This document shows positions 1-10,533 of a DNA stretch of 57,883 nt, piece after piece. The position numbers and the translations under genes were made by a program. The notes under the pieces are model-generated. The model was not told the origin of the DNA, ran no database searches, and saw only the letters and a list, made by a program, of their open reading frames with translations. The stretch is from Calditerrivibrio nitroreducens (GTDB taxonomy: Bacteria > Chrysiogenota > Deferribacteres > Deferribacterales > Calditerrivibrionaceae), in the NCBI GenBank assembly GCA_002878065.1, contig PNIN01000051.1, positions 1 through 57,883 on the forward strand, read 5' to 3'. The number at the start of each line of letters is the position of its first letter. Position 1 is the stretch's first letter.

Positions 1-586
1 TTTCGCTGGGAATTGCACCACAATTTATTGGAATAAAAGGTTTATTTTTTCGACCGCTTAATTCATGGATAGCCCTTGCCACCAGTTCCTTTCCGGTACC
101 AGACTCACCAGTTATCAACACAGAGGAATCCCCCGCAGCAATATCGATTATTCTATCTTTTAATTCATCTACGAATCTACTTTTACCTATTATCTTATTC
201 AGTTCATCAGGATATTTTTTATCACACTCTTTACATATAATACTTTTTACCATCTTAACCAATTCATCATTATCAAAAGGCTTGGAGATATAGTCCACAA
301 CACCCAATTTTATAGACTCCATTGCGGTATCTGGACTCGCATAAGCAGTAATGAGCAAGGAAGGGATCCCAGGATAATTTTCGTAAGTATACCTTATAAA
401 ATCAAGACCATTCTCCTTACCAACAACAAGATCGGACAGTATTATATCTATCTTATAATTATCAATGATTTTTTTTGCTTCCGCAATATTTCTGGCTAAA
501 AAAACGGAAAAACCCTCATTTGTAAAAATGATCTCAAGAATCTCCCTCAGCGATTTTTCATCATCTAAAATTAATATTGATGGCAT
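1..586 (-). CDS. Sigma-54-dependent response regulator (NtrC/PilR family), 3' end outside window
   Basis: Manual translation from ATG at 586: [17 protein letters not shown] receiver domain, then [17 protein letters not shown]...[10 protein letters not shown] (sigma54-activator AAA+ motifs). Confidence 0.9.
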   Translation of the reverse strand, partial: MPSILILDDEKSLREILEIIFTNEGFSVFLARNIAEAKKIIDNYKIDIILSDLVVGKENGLDFIRYTYENYPGIPSLLITAYASPDTAMESIKLGVVDYISKPFDNDELVKMVKSIICKECDKKYPDELNKIIGKSRFVDELKDRIIDIAAGDSSVLITGESGTGKELVARAIHELSGRKNKPFIPINCGAIPSE

Positions 587-587
587 A

Positions 588-1061
588 TTAAGTTAATGAT
601 ATATCAAGTATCTCGTACTCCTTATCTCCCCCTGGAGCTCTCACGAGTACTGTATCACCTATACTTTTACCCATAAGAGCCTTTGCAATTGGGGATATAA
701 CAGAAATATAACCTTTTGAAATATCTGCTTCGTCAGGGCCCACAATACGATACCTCTTTTTCTCCCCCGTTTCCACATTCTCTATCTCCACATAAACACC
801 AAAAACCACTTTATCACCAGAAAAATTAGAAGGATCTATCACCTCAAATCTACCGATCTTCGATTCAAGCTCCGCAATCTTGGCCTCAATGAGACCCTGT
901 CTCTCCTTTGCCGCATCATATTCAGCATTTTCACTCAAATCACCATGAGCCCTTGCTTCCTTTATGGCCTCTATGACCTCTTTCCTTTCTACAGTTTTAA
1001 GTCTTTCAAGCTCCTTTTTTAGCTTTTCAAAACCTTCAGGTGTTATAGGTATTCTATCCAT
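588..1061 (-). CDS. greA: Transcription elongation factor GreA
   Basis: [10 protein letters not shown] and [11 protein letters not shown] motifs; start placed at MDRIPIT after GGAGG. Confidence 0.97.
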   Translation of the reverse strand: MDRIPITPEGFEKLKKELERLKTVERKEVIEAIKEARAHGDLSENAEYDAAKERQGLIEAKIAELESKIGRFEVIDPSNFSGDKVVFGVYVEIENVETGEKKRYRIVGPDEADISKGYISVISPIAKALMGKSIGDTVLVRAPGGDKEYEILDISLT

Positions 1062-2406
1062 TCCGTTCCTCCAAATTTTTTTTACCAACCACAAGAGTAT
1101 GAATATATCCGTTTTTCATCTTAATTTCAAGGTTATCTTCCAGCGATATCTGCCTGACATCGGTAATAACAGATTTATCCCGAAAAGCAATACAATAACC
1201 CTTCTTAAGCAAATTTTCCGGATCAATATTTTTCAATACCGATTCAAACATAACAATTCTGTCCAAAGAAGAAGATAATCTCTTGTTAAAATCCTTTTTC
1301 ATCCTCTCTTCCAGATTAAATATATCTTTTTTTACAAGATTAAGCTTTACCTGTGGAGTGTTCTTTTTTAACATAGCTTTTATATAGTCTAGTTTACCAT
1401 TTAATTCGTTAATTTTTAAATTAATATTATTTTTCAAAGTCTCAACGCATAAAGCCAAAAATGTATGAACCCTTTTGATTTTTGACAAAGGGGAATTTTT
1501 ATCAAGTTTCAAAGCAAGGTTATCAACCCTCTGGGAACTTCTGTATAGTCTATTCTCCATTTCCTTGATAATATATTTTTCCGCATCAAACAACAGATCG
1601 GTGATCTGCCTATACCTTTCCACAATTACACCTGCAGCTGCTGTAGGGGTAGGTGATCTAAAATCAGCCACAAAATCTACAATGGTTACATCCCTCTCAT
1701 GTCCAATCGCCGTAATTGTAGGTATTGGGCAATCCACCAATGCCCTTGCGATAACCTCTTCGTTAAATATGGCGAGATCCTCAAGGGATCCACCACCCCT
1801 CATAAGAATCATTAGATCATAATCAGCATAAGAGGAGACCTTTTTTATACTTTCCACAATCTCATTGATGGCAGAAATACCCTGCACCTGTACAGGCCAT
1901 AAATCTATCTTTAGACATACCCCATTGTCTTTTAAGATCTTCAAAAAGTCTTTTATTGCAGCCCCCGAAGGTGATGTGAGGACAGCAATCTTCTTGATAA
2001 ACAGTGGGATCTGTTTTTTTCTTAAACTATCAAATAGCCCCTCCCGCTCCAGCTTAAGTTTTGTCTCTTCAAATTTTTTATAAAATAAACCCACAGCGCT
2101 GTATTCAATCTTCTTGGCTATAATCTGATAGACTCCATCCTGTTCATAGACCGTTAAATCCCCCGTCACCACGACAAGATCACCATTTTTAGGACTATAA
2201 CCTCTGTTTAACACCAGGTATTTTCTAAAGAGAGCAACCTTTATCTGAGCACCGCTATCCTTCAAAGTAAAATAGAGGTGCCCTGAAGGGGATGTGGAGA
2301 GATTAGAGATCTCCCCCTGTACCGAAATAACCTCATTGAAACTATTTTCAATGAGATTTTTAATTAGTTTTGTTATCTCTGATACCGTTAGAATTTTCAT
2401 CGCCAT
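1054..2406 (-). CDS. xseA: Exodeoxyribonuclease VII large subunit
   Basis: GEISN..SGHLYFTLKD OB fold, RGGGSLEDL, IGHERD, SPTPTAAA. Confidence 0.96.
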   Translation of the reverse strand: MAMKILTVSEITKLIKNLIENSFNEVISVQGEISNLSTSPSGHLYFTLKDSGAQIKVALFRKYLVLNRGYSPKNGDLVVVTGDLTVYEQDGVYQIIAKKIEYSAVGLFYKKFEETKLKLEREGLFDSLRKKQIPLFIKKIAVLTSPSGAAIKDFLKILKDNGVCLKIDLWPVQVQGISAINEIVESIKKVSSYADYDLMILMRGGGSLEDLAIFNEEVIARALVDCPIPTITAIGHERDVTIVDFVADFRSPTPTAAAGVIVERYRQITDLLFDAEKYIIKEMENRLYRSSQRVDNLALKLDKNSPLSKIKRVHTFLALCVETLKNNINLKINELNGKLDYIKAMLKKNTPQVKLNLVKKDIFNLEERMKKDFNKRLSSSLDRIVMFESVLKNIDPENLLKKGYCIAFRDKSVITDVRQISLEDNLEIKMKNGYIHTLVVGKKNLEERNG

Positions 2407-2665
2407 TTAATATAATGTATAAATCTTCATCCATTTTTTTGTAGTTCAGCTCTTTCTTAATTACCATTTCAAGGTAGTCTCTATCCTTCTTCAAAAGCTC
2501 TATCTCCTCCTGAAGCCTGGAGATCCTCTTGTCATATTCCATAGACTCCCTTCTATACTTCTCCTTGATCTTTATCAGTTCCTGGTATTGGATAAGTCCA
2601 TTGGTACTAAAAACAAGATAAAAGACAAGTCCAACAATCAAAATCAAAAAGATTATATGCCTCAT
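2360..2665 (-). CDS. Septum formation initiator (FtsB/DivIC family)
   Basis: N-terminal TM helix, coiled coil, DYLEMVIKKELNY..EDLY resembling the DivIC C-terminus. Confidence 0.7.
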   Translation of the reverse strand: MRHIIFLILIVGLVFYLVFSTNGLIQYQELIKIKEKYRRESMEYDKRISRLQEEIELLKKDRDYLEMVIKKELNYKKMDEDLYIILNGDENSNGIRDNKTN

Positions 2666-2666
2666 T

Positions 2667-3797
2667 TCACTTTTTACCTATTTTTGCCTGAAATATTCTC
2701 AACGCCTGGTTTTTTAATGCAGTTGGAACATCCCTGGATTTAGTTAGCTTTTCAATATCGGATATGGACAGCCTTCCTAAAAGATTCATGGAAATGTCCA
2801 GAGGTGTTTTAGGATTAAATACCATATCCTTAGCAATGGAATAGTTGTTTATCCAGGTATTGTTTTTCCCAATCTCTCTGATTATATGCTCTGGGGTGGA
2901 CTTATTCTTTACAATAAAAGAGATCTCATCCTCTGTTATTTTAGGATTTGAAAGCACCGATGTGGATATCTGCTTATTTGGATCTCTTATCAAATACATT
3001 CTGGCACTTTTGTTCCCCTTCAAAGCTAATTTTATCTTTTGGGGGATTGTCATCTTTGATATTTTTTGGTAAAGGTTTTCTTCCACCTCTCTTTTTATCT
3101 CTTTTGGAAGGTCATCTTCGGAAAGCTCTACTTCAGATCCCTTTTCATCAATAAATTTTTCTTCTTTAACTTCCTGTTCAGGTTTCTCTAATGACATATC
3201 CACCAAAATCTGTTTCAGAAAAACCACAGATTCATCGGGAGTGTATGGATTGTATAGAAGGGCTTTGATAAGATGGTGATCTTTTTCCAGTATAGGACGT
3301 AAGTTTGATACTCTAAAAAGTACTTCCGGCTCGGTGGATGAAGATAAAATCTCCAGCAGATTCCTGTCTACTTTGGACCTGGCGATTATTTCTGAAACAA
3401 ACATAGGATCATTTTTAAGTAGTTTGCATAAAAAATATAGATATTCCCCTTCAAATAAGATATTATTTACGATATTCTTTTTTGTCGTGTCATCAAGTTT
3501 TATCAAATACTGGAATAGCTCTTTAAAAAGCTGAGGGTAAGACTTTATCACCAGAAAAACCACCAAAGGTATATCCTTTGGAACAATCGGTACCGAACCA
3601 GATAAAAGTAGCTTCACCTGCTCTTCACTACTTTTCTTTAATAAAAGTTCTTTCGTAATAATATTCAAGATATTATGCTTTAAAAGCTGATCTATTAAAA
3701 CAGGATCCCGTAAATCTGTTTTTAATAAAGGTAAAACTGATTGTATCTCGACATCTGTAAGATGGTCTTTTGACAATAATTTAATAAAACTATCCAC
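2667..3797 (-). CDS. Conserved hypothetical helical-repeat protein
   Basis: 376-aa ORF coupled to neighbours; repeated LxNPxTP-type motifs; KIKLALKGNKSARMYLIRD C-terminal domain. Confidence 0.7.
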   Translation of the reverse strand: MDSFIKLLSKDHLTDVEIQSVLPLLKTDLRDPVLIDQLLKHNILNIITKELLLKKSSEEQVKLLLSGSVPIVPKDIPLVVFLVIKSYPQLFKELFQYLIKLDDTTKKNIVNNILFEGEYLYFLCKLLKNDPMFVSEIIARSKVDRNLLEILSSSTEPEVLFRVSNLRPILEKDHHLIKALLYNPYTPDESVVFLKQILVDMSLEKPEQEVKEEKFIDEKGSEVELSEDDLPKEIKREVEENLYQKISKMTIPQKIKLALKGNKSARMYLIRDPNKQISTSVLSNPKITEDEISFIVKNKSTPEHIIREIGKNNTWINNYSIAKDMVFNPKTPLDISMNLLGRLSISDIEKLTKSRDVPTALKNQALRIFQAKIGKK

Positions 3798-5001
3798 TTA
3801 CCACCCTATCTTTTCCTGCCTGTTTTGCCTTGAGCATTGCCATATCCGCCCTTTCTATCAATTGCTCGATAGTTTCACCCAGTTTAAATTCAGCCACACC
3901 AATACTAACCGTAATTTTAAGATCTTCAGTTTTATATTTAAAAATGGTATTCCTTACGACTTCCAACAATCTCTCTGAAAATTTTAGAGCATTTTCAAGA
4001 TTTGTCTCCGAAAGAAGTATCACCATCTCTTCCCCACCGTATCTAAAAGCATAATCTACTTTCCTAAGCTCCGACTTGATTATATTTGCAAGGTATTTTA
4101 AAACAAAATCCCCTACAATGTGGCCATAAACGTCATTTATTCTTTTGAAATTATCAATATCTAAAAAGATGATGGAAAACTTCGATCCATACCTTTTTCC
4201 CCGTTCTATCTCCTCTTCAATCTTTTTAACCATAAACTTTCTATTGAAAAGCCCCGTCAAGGGATCTGTTACAGATTCCATTTTATACTTTTCCAATTCT
4301 TTTTTTATCTTGGCCAATTCCTGCTCTTTTACCTTGTATTCAGAAAGTTCCTTATTTACATGCTTTTTTTCCTGCTCTAGATGTTTTAAAGCTGTGTGTT
4401 TGTTATCAATCTTTTTTGAAATCTCTTTTGATAGTTCATCCACCTTACTTAACACCATTGATTTGAGAGCTTCTATTGAAGATTCATTTATTATTAAATG
4501 GTTAACACCCGTCAACTCATTTGCAATCTTTTTATCTTCTTCGATATCCTTTTTAAGAATATTGCTGTTTTCTTCAAGTATACTATTTAACGTATTTGAG
4601 GTCTTATCAAATCTGATTACTATCTCATCAATAATACTCTTTAGTCTACTCTGTACGTTTATTGCCTTATCAAGATATTCAGCCACAAGGGAGATAATAG
4701 TTATTATATCATTTTTTAAATGTTCACCTTCCGGATCCTTTTCCAGACTATCTTTTATTTGAATAAAATCCTGTACGTTTAAAACAGAAGCAAAGAAAGA
4801 GGCCTTTTCGATCAAAAAATACCTTAATTCCTGTATTACTTCTGTACTCTGAATCCCTTCAAAAATCTTATAAAACTCCTCATTCTCTTTGAGATAGTTT
4901 GCCAATGTTGTGGCGGTAAGGGGAACCCTTTTCCCTCTTATCTCTTTTAAGCCCTCTATAACGATAGATCCGACAGAGTTTGCAATATTTTTAATATTCA
5001 T
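3790..5001 (-). CDS. Diguanylate cyclase (coiled coil + GGDEF)
   Basis: DPLTGLFN, DIDNFKRINDVYGH, RKVD I-site, RYGGEE. Confidence 0.95.
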   Translation of the reverse strand: MNIKNIANSVGSIVIEGLKEIRGKRVPLTATTLANYLKENEEFYKIFEGIQSTEVIQELRYFLIEKASFFASVLNVQDFIQIKDSLEKDPEGEHLKNDIITIISLVAEYLDKAINVQSRLKSIIDEIVIRFDKTSNTLNSILEENSNILKKDIEEDKKIANELTGVNHLIINESSIEALKSMVLSKVDELSKEISKKIDNKHTALKHLEQEKKHVNKELSEYKVKEQELAKIKKELEKYKMESVTDPLTGLFNRKFMVKKIEEEIERGKRYGSKFSIIFLDIDNFKRINDVYGHIVGDFVLKYLANIIKSELRKVDYAFRYGGEEMVILLSETNLENALKFSERLLEVVRNTIFKYKTEDLKITVSIGVAEFKLGETIEQLIERADMAMLKAKQAGKDRVVSG

Positions 5002-5525
5002 AAAACACCTTCCATAAGATTCTTTCTAACTGTATCAAAAAAAATTATAACTTCATCAAGTTTATAGTCAAAAAACGTCCACGGATGCGGTTCATATCTA
5101 TCCCCTCTTCGGGATAACTGAAGATCTCCATAGATTCCTCTTCCAATATATATCCGATGGGTAAAATTCTTGGTACTTGCCGCCACAACCTTTTCAATTG
5201 CCACATAACCTGGATCTAAATTGAGCCTCCTCTTTCCATCTTTTTTGTACATATCCTCAATTTCAACAGCCTTCAGTTTCATTTCCACAATCCTATCCGG
5301 CTGAATGATCTTCCTATGTGCCACGAAACATTTATATAAATTAGATCCAAATTCTTTATTATAATAATCAGTGTGTTCAAATGCAAAAAGAGAGGTCTTG
5401 AGGAAAACCTCTCCAAAATATTTCTCAAGGATCGGCAGTGGATCTCCGAGCTCATCAGGATTAAACATTACAGCGTTAAAGAGTATGACATTTTGGGGTC
5501 TTCTAACCCCTCCACCGTAAACCAT
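4998..5525 (-). CDS. DUF4416-family protein
   Basis: FEHTDYYNKEFG, RRLNLDPGY, ASTKNFTHRIY, PWTFFDY motifs. Confidence 0.8.
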   Translation of the reverse strand: MVYGGGVRRPQNVILFNAVMFNPDELGDPLPILEKYFGEVFLKTSLFAFEHTDYYNKEFGSNLYKCFVAHRKIIQPDRIVEMKLKAVEIEDMYKKDGKRRLNLDPGYVAIEKVVAASTKNFTHRIYIGRGIYGDLQLSRRGDRYEPHPWTFFDYKLDEVIIFFDTVRKNLMEGVL

Positions 5526-5753
5526 CTATTCAAGAGTTGTGATGTCGGCAATTTCCTCGTTTGGTGAAATTGTAGAAATGGCATGCTTATAAATCATTTT
5601 TTGGGAATCATCTTTTAAAACTACCACGAAATTATCAAAACCTTTCACCACCCCTTCCATTTTAACACCATTTATAAGATAAATGGTCACTGGAATCCTC
5701 TTTTTTCTGACAAAATTCAAAAATACATCTTGGATATTCAGCTTTTTACTCAT
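5526..5753 (-). CDS. hfq: RNA chaperone Hfq
   Basis: [23 protein letters not shown] Sm motifs. Confidence 0.98.
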   Translation of the reverse strand: MSKKLNIQDVFLNFVRKKRIPVTIYLINGVKMEGVVKGFDNFVVVLKDDSQKMIYKHAISTISPNEEIADITTLE

Positions 5754-5787
5754 ATTACCCCTCTATTTTTTCTTTGAATTGTTTTAC

Positions 5788-5858
5788 ATTATAATTCATA
5801 AAATTTACCATTTCAAGAGAAAATTTCTTTTGACGATCAGTACAAAATGTAATACTAT
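5788..5858. promoter_or_regulatory. Divergent sigma70 promoters for hfq and the LUD gene
   Basis: Minus: TTGAAA(5816-5811)-17-TATAAT(5793-5788). Plus: TTGACG(5830-5835)-17-TACTAT(5853-5858). Confidence 0.7.
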
Positions 5859-5881
5859 AATATTATACAGGTTAGGAGGAA

Positions 5882-6529
5882 ATGATGCTGGAGATAAAAA
5901 AATGGCACAATACCACATTAGCAGAAAAAACAATAGACAGCCTTTTAAAGAATGGGTTCAGGGCATCATACTATGAAAACTCAAACACTGCTCTGACATA
6001 TATCGACACCATTATAAGCGAATACAACGTCATAGGTATCGGTGGATCAATGACCATCATCAAAGATCTCAAACTATTGGAAAGAGAGGTCATGAAAAAT
6101 AAGATCATTTTAAATCACAACCTACCGGATATCACTCCGGAAGAGAAGCATGAGATAAGAAAAAAGCAGCAAACTTCGGATCTTTTTATTACATCCTCAA
6201 ATGCCATAACAGAAGATGGAAAACTTGTGAATATAGACGGTGTAGGAAATAGAGTAAATGCGATGCTTTTTGGTCCTAAAAAAACTGTTATAGTAGCAGG
6301 TATTAATAAGATAGTAAAAAACGTGGATGATGGAATAAACAGAATAAAAAGAATAGCCTCACCAATGAATGCCAGAAGGCTGGGGGTAAATACACCATGT
6401 GCAACACTTGGATACTGCACCGATTGTAATTCCCCCCAGAGAATCTGTAGAGTAATATCTATCATAGAAAAAAGACCGATCCCTTCCAATATTGAGATCA
6501 TATTGATTGGAGAAAATCTTGGTTTTTGA
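5882..6529 (+). CDS. LUD-domain (lactate utilization/YkgG-like) protein
   Basis: GGSMT, SSNAITEDGKLVNIDGVGNRV, C-terminal Cys cluster PCATLGYCTDCNSPQRIC. Confidence 0.85.
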   Translation: MMLEIKKWHNTTLAEKTIDSLLKNGFRASYYENSNTALTYIDTIISEYNVIGIGGSMTIIKDLKLLEREVMKNKIILNHNLPDITPEEKHEIRKKQQTSDLFITSSNAITEDGKLVNIDGVGNRVNAMLFGPKKTVIVAGINKIVKNVDDGINRIKRIASPMNARRLGVNTPCATLGYCTDCNSPQRICRVISIIEKRPIPSNIEIILIGENLGF

Positions 6530-6557
6530 TTTTTTTATGCTATAATAAAATAGGTGC

Positions 6558-7937
6558 ATGATGGAACAGAAATTTGTAGAAATTGTTTATGAACTTTTTG
6601 GGATAAAAGATCTAAATCTGTTCATGGACATTTCCCTGAAAAAATTAAGGGATATATTGCATGCTGATGCCGGTAGTATCTTTCTGTATAATGATGCGGA
6701 CAATACCCTCATATTCAAATACACACAGAACGATTCGATAGATTTACCATTCAAAGAATTTGCTATGCCCCTTGATGAGAAGAGTATTGCAGGATATGTT
6801 GGAGTAAATAAAAAGATATTAAATATAAAAGATGCTTACGAAATAAGTGATTCCGAGCCATATAGATTCAATAGAGACTTTGACAGATTTTCAGGTTATC
6901 GTACCAGATCTATGATTACAATCCCACTCTTGAATCGTAAAAATGACTTAATAGGGGTTGTTCAACTCATAAATAAAAAAACCGAACCATACTATTTCAC
7001 CAAACAGGATGAGATTATCTGCCACTCATTATCAGGAATAATAGGTGTTTCACTTGAAAATTCTCTGTTGTACAGCGAAATAGAAAATATGTGGGAAGGT
7101 TTTATAAAAGCAAGCATACAGGCTATAGAAGCAAGGGATCCCATCACAAGAGGTCATACCGAAAGGGTTACAAACCTTACATTGAAAATAGCATCCGAAA
7201 TGTCAAAACATAAAGATATCTTCCCCGATTTTACTTTAACAAAAGATCAATATACAATGCTGAAGTATGCCTGCTTACTCCACGATTTTGGCAAAATAGG
7301 GGTAAAAGAATATATATTACAAAAGGCTAAAAAGGTCTCTGAAGATAAACTAGAAAAAATAAAATACAAAATCCTTTACGCCCACAAAGCCGGTTTTATT
7401 GGTGAAGATCCTCAAAATCTATTTGAAAAGATCAAAAAAGCTAATGAGCCGACGGTTTTGGAGGAAGACATCTCAAACATGCTCAACAATCTGCTGCATC
7501 TTAATATCGAAGAATCGGCTGGCCAAAAGATTCCAATATTGGATAACGACGAATACAATGCACTTATTGTCAAAAGAGGATCACTAACGGAAGAAGAAAG
7601 AAAGGAGATGGAAAAACATGTTTTATATACCTATGTCTACCTTTCTGCAATCCCATGGACCAAAGAGCTGAAAGATGTTCCAAAGATTGCCTGTATGCAC
7701 CATGAAAAGTTGGATGGTTCTGGTTATCCATTTGGGCTTAAAGGGGATGAAATTCATCCATATGGAAGGATAATGGCCATTGCGGATATATATGATGCCC
7801 TTACGGCAAAAGATAGACCCTACAAAAAGGCTCTCCCTGTTGAAACTGCATTAAGCATAATCAAAAAAGAGGGTGAGGAAAACAAACTTGATATAAACAT
7901 TATAAACTTTTTCATTGATAAAAGAATTTATGAGTAA
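6558..7937 (+). CDS. GAF + HD-GYP cyclic-dinucleotide phosphodiesterase
   Basis: GAF (FDRFSGYRTRSMITIPL), GHTERV, LLHDFGKIG, HHEKLDGSGYP, ADIYDALT..RPYK. Confidence 0.92.
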   Translation: MMEQKFVEIVYELFGIKDLNLFMDISLKKLRDILHADAGSIFLYNDADNTLIFKYTQNDSIDLPFKEFAMPLDEKSIAGYVGVNKKILNIKDAYEISDSEPYRFNRDFDRFSGYRTRSMITIPLLNRKNDLIGVVQLINKKTEPYYFTKQDEIICHSLSGIIGVSLENSLLYSEIENMWEGFIKASIQAIEARDPITRGHTERVTNLTLKIASEMSKHKDIFPDFTLTKDQYTMLKYACLLHDFGKIGVKEYILQKAKKVSEDKLEKIKYKILYAHKAGFIGEDPQNLFEKIKKANEPTVLEEDISNMLNNLLHLNIEESAGQKIPILDNDEYNALIVKRGSLTEEERKEMEKHVLYTYVYLSAIPWTKELKDVPKIACMHHEKLDGSGYPFGLKGDEIHPYGRIMAIADIYDALTAKDRPYKKALPVETALSIIKKEGEENKLDINIINFFIDKRIYE

Positions 7938-7949
7938 TGGAGGATTATT

Positions 7950-8303
7950 TTGAAAACTGTCCTGATCGTTGATGATGATGCAAACATAAGACTGCTACTA
8001 AGGGATGAATTATGGGAAAAAGGTTACAATGTTATCACTGCCGTTGATGGAGATGAAGCACTTATATCGTTTGATGAAGAATATGTTGATATTGTGATAC
8101 TTGATATTCGAATGCCAAAAGTAAATGGGATTGAAGTGTTAAAAACTATAAGGAAAACAAATCAAGAGGTTCCCATAATAATATATACTGCCAATCCAGA
8201 TGATCTACCAGATCTTCCTGGCTATGGTAACACTGTAAAAATCACAAAATCTTCCGATATTGATAATTTAATAAATCAGGTAGAGTTGATGCTTAATGCT
8301 TAG
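7950..8303 (+). CDS. Single-domain response regulator
   Basis: LIVDDD, ILDIRMP, YTAN receiver motifs; TTG start after GGAGG. Confidence 0.9.
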   Translation: MKTVLIVDDDANIRLLLRDELWEKGYNVITAVDGDEALISFDEEYVDIVILDIRMPKVNGIEVLKTIRKTNQEVPIIIYTANPDDLPDLPGYGNTVKITKSSDIDNLINQVELMLNA

Positions 8304-9042
8304 CAAGGAAACATCAGACTATTTAGCCAATAAAACCATCTTAAAACATTGTTTCATTTTTCATGAATTGGATTCCACAAACAACGAAGCAATGAGAGCC
8401 ACTTACCCTCATTATTCTTTAATCATTGCAGAAAAACAGCACGCAGGTAAAGGAAGAAGTGGCAGAAAATGGGTATCAAATGAAGGTAATCTCTATTTTA
8501 GTATCGTCTTACCTCCGATACCTATAGAGCAGCTTTTACCTTTAAATATCACCACAGGGTATGCAATATGTGATGCATTGAGAAATTATGCAGATGTATA
8601 TCTAAAATGGCCGAATGACATCGTCTCTAATCATAAAAAATTAGGTGGAATACTAATAGAAACAAAATTTTCAGGAAATACCCTTGAAAAAATCGTTTTA
8701 GGTATTGGCATAAATGTCAATCAGTCAGATTTTAGCGATGATATAAAAGATGTAGCCACTTCACTTGCTATCATCACAGGTCAACATTATACAATTGAAG
8801 AGATATTACTTAAAATATTAAATAATTTTGAAAACAATTATACAGATTTATTAAAAAAACGTATTGATATTATTGAAAAATGGTGTAAATATAGTATGAA
8901 CTTTGGTAAAAGAATAAAGATACATCTTGATGGAAAAAAAATGGAGTTCATTGAAAAAGGGATCACTGAAAGCGGTGAGCTTGTGGCTATAGATCACTAT
9001 GGTAATGAAAGAAAAATAGTTTTAGGGGACATATATCTATGA
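8296..9042 (+). CDS. birA: Biotin-protein ligase without HTH domain
   Basis: DSTN, QHAGKGRSGRKW, KWPND, KKLGGILIE. Confidence 0.93.
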   Translation: MLSKETSDYLANKTILKHCFIFHELDSTNNEAMRATYPHYSLIIAEKQHAGKGRSGRKWVSNEGNLYFSIVLPPIPIEQLLPLNITTGYAICDALRNYADVYLKWPNDIVSNHKKLGGILIETKFSGNTLEKIVLGIGINVNQSDFSDDIKDVATSLAIITGQHYTIEEILLKILNNFENNYTDLLKKRIDIIEKWCKYSMNFGKRIKIHLDGKKMEFIEKGITESGELVAIDHYGNERKIVLGDIYL

Positions 9043-9809
9043 TTTTTGCCGTAGACATAGGCAACACAAATATAGTAATTGGTGTATTTGATAAAAACGA
9101 GATTATATTCAACTCAAGGCTAGCCACTGATTATCAAAAAACCACAGATGAATATGCAGCCATAATCATGCTTCTTCTTAAAAATAGCAACATCGAGCCT
9201 TCAAATATAAGAGGTGTGATTATCTCATCAGTTGTTCCTCAGCTTGTTTATACTTTTACAAAATTCTCCAAAAAATATCTATCAATAGAGGCCTTAGTGG
9301 TAGGCCCCGGAATCAAAACAGGTGTCCCCATCAAGCTGGAAAACCCCAAAGAAGTGGGCTCCGATAGAATCGTAAATGCTGCAGCTGTTCTGAAGTATTA
9401 CAGGTACCCCGCCATCATAGTAGATTTTGGTACCGCAACTACCTTTGACGTAATTAATGAAGCTGGTGAATATATTGGTGGGGTTATATGTCCAGGGGTA
9501 AAATTATCTGCCACCATTTTACATCAAAAAACTGCCAAATTACCTGAGGTGGAGATAGAAAAGTGCGACAAAGTGATAGGCACCAACACCATAAGTTCAA
9601 TAAAATCCGGAATCTTTTTCGGATACCTATCACTTGTGGATGGAATAATAGAAAAAATCATAAATGAGAAATTTAAAGAATTAGAACCCTGCATAATCGC
9701 CACAGGTGGTTTGGGATCTGTGTTTATGGGGGAATCAAAATATCTTAAAAGATACGACCCCAATCTTACACTAAATGGTCTAAAGGTGATCTATGAAAAA
9801 AATTCTTAG
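9039..9809 (+). CDS. coaX: Type III pantothenate kinase
   Basis: DIGNT, SSVVP, VGSDR, VDFGTATTFD, ATGG. Confidence 0.96.
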   Translation: MIFAVDIGNTNIVIGVFDKNEIIFNSRLATDYQKTTDEYAAIIMLLLKNSNIEPSNIRGVIISSVVPQLVYTFTKFSKKYLSIEALVVGPGIKTGVPIKLENPKEVGSDRIVNAAAVLKYYRYPAIIVDFGTATTFDVINEAGEYIGGVICPGVKLSATILHQKTAKLPEVEIEKCDKVIGTNTISSIKSGIFFGYLSLVDGIIEKIINEKFKELEPCIIATGGLGSVFMGESKYLKRYDPNLTLNGLKVIYEKNS

Positions 9810-10533
9810 TGTCTTGATATTGTTATATCTAGTTTACGGTTGTTCCACAAAGGATGTAGAGCTTGCCGAATCCCATTATAAAATGGGGCTTGCTTATCTT
9901 AATTCTGATACAGATTACCTTTCCATTGTGGAATTTGAAAAAGCACTCGCCATCAATCCAGATGATGACAGAATCTATTACGCAATTGCCACATTTTATA
10001 TCAAAAAGAATAGAATTTTAGATGCAGAGAGGTATATAAAGCAGGCATTGTCTTTAAAACCTAACGAGTTAGAATATCACAATCTTCTTGCTACTATTTA
10101 TGCCACAAAAAATGAGACTTTAAAAGCGATCAATATATGGAAAAAAATTGCTGATGATCCAAAATATCCCACCCCTGAAGTGATTTACTTTAACATAGCA
10201 TCTGCTTATCAGCAAATGGAAAATCTTTCTGAAGCGGAATTTAACTACAAAAAATCTATCCAGGCAAACCCAAGGATTCTTAATACATATATGACTCTAT
10301 CAAACCTGTATATTCAACAAAAAAGATACAAAGATGCAGAAACAATATTACAACAGGCACTGGATATAAACCCAGCATTCAATCAGGGCAAATACCAGCT
10401 TGCTCGGATATACTATCTACAGAATTTCAACGACAAAGCCATTACATTGTTAAAAGAGATAATTACGAGTGAACCAAATTCAAAAGAAGCTAAAGATTCT
10501 ATAGAACTATTAAAGGAAATAGGCTTAAGATGA
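9793..10533 (+). CDS. TPR lipoprotein, PilF/PilW-like
   Basis: Lipobox VYGC, tandem TPRs, YPTPE motif, directly upstream of rodZ-like gene. Confidence 0.7.
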   Translation: MKKILSVLILLYLVYGCSTKDVELAESHYKMGLAYLNSDTDYLSIVEFEKALAINPDDDRIYYAIATFYIKKNRILDAERYIKQALSLKPNELEYHNLLATIYATKNETLKAINIWKKIADDPKYPTPEVIYFNIASAYQQMENLSEAEFNYKKSIQANPRILNTYMTLSNLYIQQKRYKDAETILQQALDINPAFNQGKYQLARIYYLQNFNDKAITLLKEIITSEPNSKEAKDSIELLKEIGLR

